Source: Hemiscyllium ocellatum
Taxonomy: Eukaryota
Length of the DNA: 64,000 bases
Reading direction: 5' to 3'
NCBI RefSeq assembly: GCF_020745735.1
Contig: NC_083437.1
Location: 11,284,001-11,348,000, forward strand
Shown: positions 25,400-37,267 of the stretch, piece after piece
How the letters are laid out: each line of letters starts with the position of its first letter
How positions within the stretch are numbered: the first letter of the stretch is position 1
Made by a program: the position numbers and the translations under genes
Notes under the pieces: generated by a model
Seen by the model: the letters and a program-made list of their open reading frames with translations, nothing else
What the model was told of the DNA's origin: nothing
Databases searched by the model: none

Positions 25400-25935
25400 A
25401 TGAATAGGAAAGGTTGAGAGGGATATAGGCCAAGCACAGGCAAATGGGACTAGTTCAGTTTAGGAGACCTGGTCAGCATGGACATGTTGGGCTGTAGGGT
25501 CTATTTCTGTGCCAAATGATTTTACGAGTGGGACTCATTTCACTGGAGTATGGGATGTTGAGGAGCAATGTTACTGTAGTTTATAAAACCATGAGGGGTA
25601 TGGATGAGGTGAATGACAAGGGTCTTTTCCCTGGAGTGCGGGAGTTCAAAACAAGGGGGGGGACATTTTTAAAGTGAGAGAAGAAAAAAATTAGAAATCA
25701 CATGAGGGGGCAATTTTTTTTAATGCGGGGAGTGTTTTGTATGTGGAATGAACTGCCAGAGAAAGTGGTGGATGAGGGTACAGTTATAACATTTAAAAGA
25801 CATTTGGCTAGTTCACAAACAGGAAAGGCTTGTAGGGATATGGGGCAAGCACAGGCAGGCCGGACTAGCTTGGTTTGGGAACATGGACTAGTTGGATCAA
25901 AGGGTCAGTTCCTGTGCTGTATGACCGTGTGACTC
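25400..25935 (+). mobile_element. two adjacent CR1 3'-end fragments
   Basis: WNELPEKVVDEGTVITFKRHL and duplicated 3' UTR. Confidence 0.85.
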
Positions 25936-26069
25936 AGCAAAGAATTGGTAATGGTATTTAACTGCCTCTGCCATGTGGAATAATAGAGACAATCAATCTC
26001 TACCATTATAAGTAATTAGCTGTAGTCTGCAATGCACCAGAAACTATTTGTGCCCGTTCATGGTTTGTG

Positions 26070-26330
26070 GGCACTGCTGACCAGCATTTAGAGTCCATTC
26101 TTAATTGCTCAGAGATTACTACATTGCAGTGGGTCAGTCAGACACACTTGTAGGCCAGATCAGGTAAGGACAGTAGATTCCCTTCTCTCAAGGACATTAA
26201 TGAACTCAAGTGTTTCTTTACAACAATTAATAGTTTGCAATTAGATGAGATTTCTTATTAAGTTCAGATTTTACCCTATGTTATGGTGGGATTTGAACCC
26301 ATCTCCCCAGAACATTAGCCTCAGATTCAG
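26070..26330 (-). mobile_element. tRNA-derived SINE (same family as 6295-7140)
   Basis: GGGATTTGAACCC antisense B-box; AAGGACATTAATGAAC matches the antisense of TTCACTAATGTCCTT. Confidence 0.7.
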
Positions 26331-26369
26331 TTGCATGTCCCCTCCTCCACCACCAGGGTTACTTTTTTT

Positions 26370-26616
26370 TTAGATTGCTTACAGGCCCTTCGGCCCAACA
26401 AGTCCACACCGACCCGCCGAAGCGCAACCCACTCATACCCCTACATTTACCCCTCCACCTAACACTATGAGCAATTTAGCATGGCCAATTTCCTATCCTG
26501 CAAGTTTTTTGGACTGTGGGAGGAAACCGAAGCACCCAGAGGAAACCCACACAGACACAGGGAGAATGTGCAAACACCACACAGTCAGTCGCCTGAGGTG
26601 GGAGTTGAACCCGGGT
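26370..26616 (-). mobile_element. HE1-like V-SINE
   Basis: GGACTGTGGGAGGAAACCGAAGCACCCAGAGGAAACCCAC..GGGAGAATGTGCAAAC. Confidence 0.9.
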
Positions 26617-26644
26617 TTGTAGTGAGTTAATTAGTCATTTAGCT

Positions 26645-27630
26645 TGAGTCTCCAACATGACGGCGGAGTAGGACCCCAGAGCCAGATCTCATTTGCTCCA
26701 TCCATTTCTTTTTTTTATCTGGGGTGAAAGTCAACACGGATTCCCAGCTTCAGGGTGGACTTGAATCCTGGCCTCAGCATAGACTGAGCTCCCAGACTCA
26801 GCATTGACTGAATCCATAGATTCCCTACAGTGTGGGAACAGACCTGTTGGCTCAACAAGTCTTCAGTGACCCTCTGAAGAGTAACCCACCCAGATCCATT
26901 CCCCTACCTTCTTATCTTATATTTATCCCTGACTAATGCACCGACCCTACACATTCCTGAACACAATGGGCAATTTAGCATGGCCAATTCACCTAACCTT
27001 GCACTCTTTGCACTGTGGGAGGAAACCCACGCTGACACAGGGAGAATGTGTAAACTCCACCTAGGCAGTTGCATGAGGCTGGAATCAAACCTGGGTCCCT
27101 GGCACCGTGAGGCAGCAATGCTAACTGCTGAGCCACTGTGCCGCCCCTGAACTCCCAGATTCCATGTGGACTGAACTCCTAGCCTCAGCCTGAATATGGA
27201 CTCGAACTCCCGGACTCAGCGTGGACTCAAACTCCCGGCCTCAGAGTGGACTAAGCTCCCGACCTTAGCATGGACTCAAACACCCGGCCTCAGTGTGGGA
27301 CTCAAACTCCCGGCCTCAGTGTGGGACTCAAACTCCCGGCCTCAGTGTGGGACTCAAAACTCCCGGCCTGAGCATGGACTAAACTCCTGGCCTTGAGGTG
27401 AAGACTGTGTGGCCTGGAGTGGAGGGCTGTTATTCTAGAACTCTTATTTATCTTTTTTCTTATTTATTGCTGGAATTTTTAATTCTTTATTTTTCTAATT
27501 TTGTCCCTAATAAATTGTAATTAAAAATCTATACCTAGGTACCTTGGTACCTAAGATGGTACAAGTGGTGACTTGTAAACTTTTCACTGCACTCACGTCA
27601 GTGCATGTGACAATAAAGCTAATTCTTGTT
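26645..27630 (+). mobile_element. composite non-autonomous retroposon: CpG head, 25-26-bp VNTR, Rex1/Babar-like tail; carries a nested SINE
   Basis: Head CAACATGACGGCGGAGTAGG; VNTR (GGACTCAAACTCCCGGCCTCAGTGTG)n at ~26740-27400; tail TTTTCACTGCAC..CATGTGACAATAAAGCTAATTC. Confidence 0.65.
26815..27146 (-). mobile_element. HE1-like V-SINE, full length, inserted in the VNTR
   Basis: Runs from tail CATAGATTCCCTACAGTGTGG to head GAGCCACTGTGCCGCCC; VNTR units resume on both sides. Confidence 0.9.
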
Positions 27631-28639
27631 CTTGAGAGATACCACTCCACATCAAACACAGGATAAGGCATGGTGGTGGATCTCCATGAACAATTATGGC
27701 TAACAACTCTCCTATAATCATATTGAGGAATGTACCATGACAACAAATATGGATTTTCCAATTCCAGCATCTGCTTTTCATTCTTGGGACACAGGGCTGA
27801 CCGCAAAACGTTGCAGCAGTCACCTACCCAAACAGATTAGCCAAGCATCATGAAAGCCGTGCAGGATAAATGAAACCATTTGAACTAAAGCTAACATTTT
27901 ATTAAGACACACTGGAACACACAGGATATGCAAAGACCTCGTGTCAGTTTTCATATATTGGAGGTGGAACCTCACCTACATTTAGCACACCAAACAAATA
28001 CTTCCACAGATGGAATACACAAAATAGGATGGCATTTCAGAGAGCGACTTGTCGCAGAAATGAAGAGATGTATTTTTCACTGTAGAACCGAAATGAGCTG
28101 TCTTTCAACCTCTCAAGAGGGAAAAATGTCCAGTGACCGTACTGATTGGACAGAAACATGATGATGTCAAGAATTTAATACGAGTATTTGCAATCTTTCA
28201 ATAATGATCGTCAGGAAATCAACTAAACCACCCTAGTCCCAGGTTAAGGCATTACTCCTTAGTGGCATCCTGAAGGTTTGAAACTATACTTTCCTTTTAT
28301 CTTTCTTTTACACTGTACAGTCTATTTTCTTTTACTTTGTACTAGTGCATGTGTATGTTTGATGTGGGGGTTAGCAAATCTATCCTTCATGCAAGAAAAC
28401 CTTGTAATTGACCCCCTGATGTTTTTTGGGTGAAAACAGTTAATTGCATTTGCTTTGGAGAAAGATACAACCTCATGCACACAATAATGTAAATCTTTAC
28501 TACGCCCAACTGGGAAGGTTGTGAAAAGGGGATTGATTCATCCCCTCCCTACCCGGTCATAGGAAAGAAACAAGAACATTAACCCTAACATCCCAGTGTT
28601 TTTAGCCACTAAGCCATCCAGCCACCTTATTTTGTACAG

Positions 28640-28770
28640 AAACAAAAGCAGAACTTACTGGAGAAGCTCAGCAGGTCTGGCAGCATCTATGGGACAGAAA
28701 CAGAGGTATCGTTTCAGGCCCAGATCAGTTTGTTTTTGATTTACAGCATCTGCAGTTCTTTGGATTTTTA
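28640..28770. mobile_element. PLE pLTR fragment, family 3
   Basis: CTGGAGAAGCTCAGCAGGTCTGGCAGCATCT..CGTTTCAGG..CAGCATCTGCAGTTCTTT. Confidence 0.7.
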
Positions 28771-28904
28771 TTCTTTTTTTTTAATCCACTTTGTTATCTT
28801 CAAATAAGTCATTTCTAAAAATATACTTATGAAATAACACCCCAAATATTTTTATTCTCTCTGAAAAAATGTCATGGGACAAGTTAACAGTTATTTTGTA
28901 CCAG

Positions 28905-29095
28905 CCCAAAGATGTGCAGGTTAGGGTAGATTGGCCGTGCTCAATTGTCCATTGTGTCCAGGGTTGTGTATTCTAAGTGGGTTAGCCATGGGAAATATAG
29001 AGTTACAGAGAAAGTGTGGGTCGCGATGGGATGGTCTTCAGAGGGCCGGTGTGGTTTCAATGGGCTGAATGGTCTGCTTCCACACTGTAAATTGT
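28905..29095 (+). mobile_element. HE1-like SINE 3' half
   Basis: CCAAAGATGTGCAGGTTAGGGTAGATTGGCCGTGCT..CTGCTTCCACACTGTA. Confidence 0.8.
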
Positions 29096-30547
29096 ATGCT
29101 TTTAGATTGTTTACTTTAGAGCACCTTTGTGAATATGTTTACAGAAATATTAGTGTTTCAAACAAATAGGATGGAATTGGAGTGATTAGGTGTTTTATTT
29201 ATTTTAAGAATTGCATCGAGATTCTATATTTAAGATTTTAATGTTGTGATGCGTGGTGTGTTAATGTTCGGTCAGGGTATTGTCACTGTGAGAGTTGTCG
29301 TTAGTTTGTGACATGGTGATAGAGGAACCATGCCATTCTAATGGGCCTGAACACTGTCAATACTCCTGAGAAGCACCCCTTCGTGACCATTCATTGCGCA
29401 GGCAATTGGGTTTGCCAGAGAGTGCAAAATTTAGCTTTTTATCTGTGCTCCTACAGACCAGAGGTCATTTTATATTTTATAGTTTGACCTTGTAATAATT
29501 TGTGGTGATTGTACCGCATAAGTGCATTTAGGGCGAAAGAGCATTATTGGCCAAGACTCTCTGTTACTGATAGTTGTATTATCACTGCAGAAAATCTGTT
29601 TGTAGCGGACAGAACATTGTAAAGGAAGGTTGCTCAAACTTGGCTTGGTGCTTCAATGATCGGGAGTGATTGAATCAATCTGTTTCAGGATCGATCAGTT
29701 AGACATGGATCTCCCAGCCGAGAGGCCAACAGGACTTTGCTACAAGGCAGCATCTGCAACAAGAAGGGAATGGTGTAGATTTGGTGTTCAGACCTTCAGT
29801 TTGAGACATGTGAACCCAGTACATTATGATTTAGGACCAAGTGCTAGAGATGAATGCATGAAGCTGACTCAAGCAGCGATGAAAGATTTTCACCAGTTTC
29901 AGAAATATTGCACCTATAATACCATCTGCAAAGGCTAGAGAAGCTGAACTTTCACCAGGAAGTGATAACCACCAAGAACATTATTCTCTGCAGAATTTAG
30001 TACAGCCAGCTTAAAAAGAAAACAATCGTTCATCAAGTTTAAAAAGGACAGCTGTACAATTGCTATATATTGTGTTCCCAATAGGCAATACTGGTAGAAG
30101 CAGTGGCAATTATATGCATTAGAACATTTTTATGAACTGCAAGCCTAGAATTTTTTGAACTTTGAGATAATTCCAATATTGTTCAACCTTATTTTAAACT
30201 TTTTGACATCTCATCTTTATCAAGTCTTCACATTCTATTTGTACAGTGATGTTCTTTTGGCCAATACTTAAGGCGTGGATTTTGCAATTTGAAAAATTAA
30301 CTATTGAAGCTTTGAGCAGAGAATGAATCTTCCCTTAATCAAATCAAACTGAGATCATTACTCTACTCCTTCCCTCGAGCTCAAAACTTTCCTGTTTCTA
30401 AAAGATCTTAACCGGTGTCTGAAAAATTGCTCAGGGAATCGACGATTGATGGTCTCGAATTTCCTGCCATTATCTGAATACAGGCCACAAAAGATGACAG
30501 AAGTTAGTTTAAACCTGAGTCCTCAGCAAGGCCACAATATGCCTAAA

Positions 30548-30760
30548 GCAGAAGTCAAATGACACCAACAGATTTATTTAAAATCACAAACTTTCTGAGC
30601 ACTGCTCCTCAGCCAGGTAATGAAAGCTACAGCTCAGCGAGCAAATCTACACCCCACTGCTCCTCAGCTTGTGATTTTAAATAAACCTGTAAGATGATGA
30701 ACTGGTGTCTTGCGATTTCTGATTTTGCCCACCCCAGAAAACACGAGCACCTCCGCATCA
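30548..30760. mobile_element. degenerate PLE family-2 palindrome with a nested family-4 PLE fragment
   Basis: Inverted arms; insert AGCTCAGCGAGCAAATCTACA (cf. 59362-59382) flanked by CACTGCTCCTCAGC at 30600-30613 and 30655-30668. Confidence 0.65.
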
Positions 30761-30814
30761 CAATACGTCCCGGTCATCCTGATGTTTTACAGTTGTCTAT
30801 TAATCCGTCCATCA

Positions 30815-31100
30815 AAATGAGGCTGGAGGCCCGGTGTGGGGGCAGAGGCTGTGGGCCTGGAGCAGTGTGGACTGGAGGCCTGGTGTTTGTGGCAGAGGCT
30901 GTGGGCCCAGACAGTGTCGGCTGGAGGCCTGGTCTGTGTGGAAGAGGCTATTTGTCTGCTTATCCGAAATAAAACAGTAATCTTTGTTTTTTACTTTGTT
31001 TCTCTCTGTTACTACGTGTACCTAACTTTTGTAACTAGGAACCTTTGTAATTAGGCAATATTGTACACTTGAGTACACGTGACAATAAAGCTTAAATCAA
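30815..31100 (+). mobile_element. composite retroposon remnant: ~49-bp tandem repeat x2.6 plus Rex1-like tail
   Basis: (GGCTGGAGGCCTGGTG..GGCAGAGGCTGTGGGCC..CAGTGT)n, then T-rich tract and CACGTGACAATAAAGCTTAAATCAAA. Confidence 0.6.
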
Positions 31101-31887
31101 AGAAAAGGTCATTACATTTTGGGATTGTATGTGTAATTTAAAGTTAGAGGAAGGGGGGAATCATGTGATCTGTATGGGAAATGTTAGGGGTAAAGGATGG
31201 CCTTGACTGTTTGACTGGGAAGCTGGTGCAAGGTTGGACAGAGTGGTGGAGGGGTAATGGAGACCAACAAGAAAATGGAGTGGAAACCACGATGAGATGA
31301 GCCATAATTATCTGCTTGGACTCCTCCTACTCATAATTCTTGTGTGTCCTTGTGATAAGTAAGTCTCTCATATTCTCACACACCACCTTCGATTCACTTT
31401 TACTCCAATGAGAACAATCCCAGTTTCCCCAACCTGCTCTGGTTGTTACAATCCTCCCCATCCCTGGAACCGTCCTCTGCACTCTCACATTCTTCATAAA
31501 GTGGCTTTGCATGCCTGTGTTAATTTTCTCTTTCACCTTCCTGAACACTGCCCTCCTGCCCTGAGCTAGCCCTTTAAACCTCTGACCATCTCACCCTACT
31601 GCTCCTGTCACTGCCCAAGCTCTGGGGTCACTGGACTTTATACCACCAGGCTCCAAGAGCCCTATCCCTCAGTTTCACTGTGTTCCCAGCTCACTGCTAT
31701 TGTCCCTCTGAGAGTGCTGGCTCTCTTGAAGTGGATATTTGGTGCATGAGTGCAGCCAATAAAACTGGTCGGCAGCACTGGCTCCAAAAAGTAATTGCCA
31801 AAAGCTGTGATCTGAACCATTGCCAATTTACTGACTGCTAGTATCGTCATTTGGGAATTAGCCAGTTTAATCTTTGCAGAGTTCACT

Positions 31888-32152
31888 TGGGAGGTGAGGT
31901 GGCTCAGTGGTTAGCACTGCTGCCTTACAACCCTATGGATCCAGGTTCTAATCCCAGCCTTGGGTGGGTGACTGACTGTGTTGAGTTTGTGTGTTCTCCT
32001 CATGCCTGTGTGGGTTTCCTCCCATAGTCCAAAACAGTGTAGGCTAGGTGGATTAGCCATGGCAAACAGAAGGGGGTGGTGGTCTGGGTAAGATGCTCTT
32101 TTCAGGGTCAGTATGGGCTGAATGGCCTGCTTTCACATTGTAGGGATTCTAT
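31888..32152 (+). mobile_element. HE1-like V-SINE
   Basis: GGTGGCTCAGTGGTTAGCACTGCTGCCTTACA head, V-domain, tail TGTAGGGATTCTAT. Confidence 0.88.
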
Positions 32153-32842
32153 ATTTTTTTTAAAAATCTCTCTCTGCTAGCTCATTTGAGGTTTAGATCC
32201 ATTATTGGAAAGTTGGGACAATTTCAGATCAATAATTTAATTTTCTCAGTTTGGCATTTGTAATTTCTCATGACTCAGAAGAAATGAAACTTAGAAAAAC
32301 ATTAATTGTTTTGCTCTTGAGCAACAAAACTATTTAAAAAATCCATTGCACTCATTTGGCCATTAATGAAAAGTTATTTTAATGTTTTATAGATTGCCAT
32401 TTGTTTATTTTAAGTGATACTGTCAGAGGGACATTGATGTATTGATGGAGGTTCAATAAAGTACAGAGTATATTTGATGAGGAGAGAGGCAGGTTCAGGA
32501 GAAGGGTAATACAGGTCTTTTGGAGGTATTGCATGTGCAGAAAGACCACTTAGTGTTGCACTGCCATCACCAACAGACAAACAGACATGGGTTTGTCATT
32601 GACAGAATAGATGCTGTACAGAAACAGCCCCAATCGTATTAAATGATGCAGTAGGCTGGATGGGCTGAATGGCCTCTTCCTCCTGCAAGCTCTTATGTTC
32701 TTATTTCAAATTGTATCATTTAGTTCGCAGCCCTTCTCCTCACCTTTCCTTTCAAAATGTATCTATTCACACTGCTCTGTGTTAAATTTCATTTGCCACA
32801 TGTCTGCAAACATCCTGCTGAAGCCTGTTACTATCTTTGAAA

Positions 32843-32960
32843 TTCTGAAGAAGGTCAGATCAGGCTCAAAACACTGACCCTCCTTCTGTGTCCACAGGTG
32901 CTGCCAGACCTGCTGAGTTTCTCCAGCATACTCTATGGTAGATTCAGATTTCCAGCTTCT
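32843..32960 (+). mobile_element. PLE pLTR fragment, family 3
   Basis: TTCTGAAGAAGGTCA..AAAACAC..GCTGCCAGACCTGCTGAGTTTCTCCAGCA. Confidence 0.65.
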
Positions 32961-33169
32961 ACTTTACTTAAAACTGTCACTATCGTCCTGTTTACTACAT
33001 TGCTGAGTAGTGTATAATTTGCAAACTTTAAATTATGCCCTGTAATGTAATTAATGTAAATCAAAGTTGACCCAGAGATTATTGACTAACCATAGCAATT
33101 AATCTTTATTAATGAACTATAATAGAGCAATGAATATGTGATTGACAGCTTTGCATATTGCATATTGTC

Positions 33170-33359
33170 TAGATTAGAGGGGTGCTGGAAAAGCACAGCA
33201 GGTCAGGCATCATCCGAGGAGCAGGAAAATCGACGTTTCTGGCACAAGCCCTTCATCAGGAATGATGATTTCCTTCTCCTCGGATGCTGCCTGACCTGCT
33301 GTACTTTTCCAGCACCATAGACTCTGATCTCCAGCATCTGCAGTCCTCACTTTCGTCAC
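33170..33359. mobile_element. PLE fold-back pLTR remnant, family 1, with minus-strand hammerhead core
   Basis: Minus strand TTC-CTGATGA-AGGGCTTGTGCCA-GAAACGTC-GA at ~33229-33262. 13-bp TSD ATTGCATATTGTC at 33157-33169 and 33360-33372. Confidence 0.88.
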
Positions 33360-33999
33360 ATTGCATATTGTCATATGTCTATCCAGATATTATTTTTGTG
33401 ATTGGACCTATCTGATTTGAAAGTTTATGAATCATTACTAGTTCTCTCTGTTGAGTCCCTGAAGAGTTTGTTCCATAGATTAGCCACTCACATGTTGAAA
33501 TTGGCCAGAGTTTGCTTGGAAAATGACAGCAAGTTTACTGTGCTCTCTATTATTGTAGTGTTTATCCTTTGGAATTCATGACGAAGAAGAGATAAGGCTG
33601 TAAATTGTGAATTTCCGTGGAAAGTTTGGATATTTGTATGCTCCATTCTCAAACATGCAAGGTCAGCATTTCACCTTGAGTGCCCCAAGATTTTCAGAAA
33701 ATTGCTGCACTTGACTTTTGCAATGAATGAAATTATTCCAAAAGGTGAGGTTGGCACTTAATAATGTTAGGACCCTATTCGCGGTGAGATTTATATCTCC
33801 ATAATGACACTCAGTAGGGAAAAGATAAACCAAACCGTCAAACCCAAACTCAACCCTCATTGAAGCCATTCACTTCCATAGAGACAGGAATTGGGGATTG
33901 GGGTGTGTGTACAGGAGGTGGGGAAAGATCGCCAATGTGTGACTAGGAGGTGGATGGCTTATTTTAATATTGCAATGAGGGTGCATACCATTGGAAGAT

Positions 34000-34345
34000 G
34001 GTGAGGTTGCTGGAATAGTAAATCAGAGGGTAAAGCAAATACCTTAGAGACATGGTTTCAAATCTCACCATGGCAGATCAATTAATAAAATCTAGAAAAT
34101 ACTATAAAAAAAGCTAGTGACTTTTAATGGTTGCCATGATCTTGTTGTTAAATGTTGTAATGCCCTTTTCGGGAAGTAAATGTGCCTCTTTTACCAGTTC
34201 TGGCTTACATGTGACTCCAGACCCACAGCAACGTGCTTGAGTTGTAACTGGCCCCTGAAATGGCTCTTGTTCACCATTCACTTCAATTACAGGTAACAAA
34301 TACAGACCATGTCAGTGACACCCTCATCGCATGAAAGAATAAAGG
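34000..34345 (+). mobile_element. tRNA-derived SINE (same family as 6295-7140)
   Basis: GGTTTCAAATCTCACCATGGCAG; ACATGTGACTCCAGACCCACAGCAA; tail CAGTGACACCCTCATCGCATGAAAGAATAAA. Confidence 0.7.
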
Positions 34346-34714
34346 AGTAATTAAAACGTTACCACTCTCCTGGCTTCACCAATGCCTGGCCGAGCTTCCA
34401 GGACCTCTGGAAATACAGCAGCTAACAGCTGGTGAGAATGGCAGTGTTGAAAAGGCATTGTTACCATCATATCCTGCTGCAGGTTAGCAAAGAGGGCACT
34501 GAGCAAGAGGTCCATGATCAGCTCCGGGTGAGAATCACTGATTACATCCTCCAAAGGTAATCAGAACCACTGTCTACCACAACACTTTGGCTCCTAGTTT
34601 TCAAACAATTTAAAAAGTCCACAACTGTTAGCTTTCTTTACATTCAATGCCAGACCCTAAATCAAAACCAAATTGAAATTCAAACACAGTCACACCACTT
34701 CCGACTCAAGTACT

Positions 34715-36865
34715 CGATCAAATACAGGTACTCGACACCCACACTATTACTCAATCAAATACAGATACAGCACATCCACTCTATTACTCAATCAAATACA
34801 GGTACACCATATTGACTCTATTACTCAATTATATGCAGGTACACCACATCCACTCTATTACTCCCATCAGACACACATGCATCATACCTACTCTATTACA
34901 CAATCAAACATAGGTATACCACATCCACTCTGTTACTCAGTCAAATACAGATACAGTACATCCGCTCTATTACTCAATTAAATACAGGTACACCGCATTG
35001 ACTCTATTACTCAATCCAATACAGATACACCACATCCACTCTATTACTCAATCAAATACAGATACAGCATATCCACTCTATTACTCAATCAAATACAGAT
35101 ACAGCATATCCACTCTATTACTCAATCATTTACAGATACCCCACATCCACTCTATTCCTCCATCAAATACAGATACACCACATCCACTCTATTACTCAAA
35201 TACAGATACACCACATCCACTCTATTACTCAATCAAATACAGATACAGCTCATCCACTCTATTACTCAATCAAATACAGATACAGCTCATCCACTCTATT
35301 ACTCAAATACAGATACACCACATCCACTCTATTACTCAATCAAATACAGATACAGCTCATCCACTCTATTACTCAATCAAATACAGATACACCACATCCA
35401 CTCTATTCCTCCATCAAATGCAGGCACACCGCATCGACTCTATTTTTCTACCAAATGCTGGTACACCACGTTCACTCTTTTACTCTATCAGACACATATA
35501 CATCATTTACACCACATCCACTCTATTTATCTATCAAATACAGGTGCACCGCAAAAGCTCCATTACTTAATCAAATTCAGGCAGACCACGCCCACTCTAT
35601 TACTCCATCAAATACAGGTATGCCATTTTAACTATATTAATCTATCAAATATAGATCCAGCACATACTCTCTGTTACTTGGTGAAATACAGGTGCACCAC
35701 ACCTACTCTATTACACAATGAAATACAGGTACACCACATCCACTCTATTAATCTATCAAAGCCACCTAACCTACATCCACTCTATTAATCTATCAAAGAC
35801 AGATATAGATCATACACTCTATTATTCAGTCAAATACAGGTGCACTACACCCACTCTATTACTCAATCAAATACAGGTACACCACACATACTCTATTACT
35901 CTATCAGACACACATGCATCATACCTACTCTATTACACAATCAAACATTAGGTACACCACATCCACTGCATTACTCAATCAAATACAGGTACACTACATG
36001 AACTCTATTATTCTACCAAATACATTTACACCAGATCCACTCTATTACTCTAACAAATACAGGTACACCACATCCGTTCTATTTCTCTATCAATTACAGG
36101 TACACCACATCCACTCTATTACTCTATCAAATATAGGTACAGCATATCCACTTGCTTTATCAAATACAGGTACAACACACACACTCTATTAATCCATCGG
36201 AGAACAGTAAATCACATCCACTCTATTACTCAATCAAATTCAGGTACAACACTCCTACTCTATTACTCTGTCAAATACAAGTACAGCACACCAACTCTAT
36301 TATTCTGATAAATACAGGTATACCACATCCACTCTATTATTCTGCCAAATACAGGAACACCACCTCCACTCTATTACTCAGTAAAATACAAGTACACCAC
36401 ACCCACATGACTACTCAATCAAATACAGTTACATCACATCCATTCTATTTCTCTATCAAATACAGGTAGACCACATCAACTCTATTTCTCTAACAAATAC
36501 AGCTACACCACACTGACTCTCTTACTTTATTAAATACAGGTACATCACATCACCTCCATTACTCTATTGTTACAGGAATACAACATCCACTCCATTACTC
36601 TATAAAATACATGTATACCACATCCACTGTATTACTCTATCAAATACAGTTACACCACATCCACTCTTAATCTGTGAAATACAGTTATGCTACATGCACT
36701 CTATTAATCAATCAAATACAGGTGCACCACACTCACTCTGTTACTAATAAAATACAGGTACACCACATCTACTCTATTACACAATCAAACGTAGGTGCAC
36801 CACATCCACTCTGTTATTCTGTCAAGTACTGGTACACCGCATCCACTCCATTACCATTACTCTAC
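34715..36865 (+). repeat. 37-bp tandem satellite/minisatellite, roughly 55-60 units
   Basis: Consensus AAATACAGGTACACCACATCCACTCTATTACTCAATC; degenerate extra units at 37020-37076 beyond a CR1 tail. Confidence 0.95.
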
Positions 36866-37018
36866 CAGATTCTTGATGTCACGAGGAATTAAGGGCTACG
36901 GAGAGAATGCTGGTAAGTGGAGTTGAAATGCCCATCAGCCATGATTGAATGGCGGAGTGGACTCGATGGGCTGAATGGCCTTACTTCCACTCCTATGTCT
37001 TATGGTCTTATGGTCTTA
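36866..37018 (+). mobile_element. CR1 3' tail inserted at the satellite edge
   Basis: CAGCCATGATTGAATGGCGGAGTGGACTCGATGGGCTGAATGGCC and (TCTTATGG)n terminal repeats. Confidence 0.85.
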
Positions 37019-37084
37019 TATACACGTACACTACATCCACTCATTTACACAAAGAAAACAGATACACCACACCCACTTAACAGG

Positions 37085-37267
37085 AGGGAATGTAAAGTTG
37101 GAAACTTTCTTTATTTCTTCATTTTTCTGCCTTTATATTCTACATTTTGGTTTATTTTCTGAGTTTTATGGTGGCAATGGAGAGTGCTGACAGTATACAA
37201 CACTCTTCATTGCGTTTTCTAACAAGATACATGTGACAATAAATAACTCAAATCAAATCAAATCAAA
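37085..37267 (+). mobile_element. Rex1/Babar-like 3' tail (non-autonomous)
   Basis: T-rich tract, CTTCATTGCG..CATGTGACAATAAA, (AAATC)3. Confidence 0.6.

Noticed and set aside
34715-36865. CRISPR-like array (37-bp periodic repeat) and His/Tyr-rich ORFs
   Set aside because: Units are contiguous with no unique spacers, there are no cas genes, and the context is vertebrate. The ORFs are translations of the satellite.
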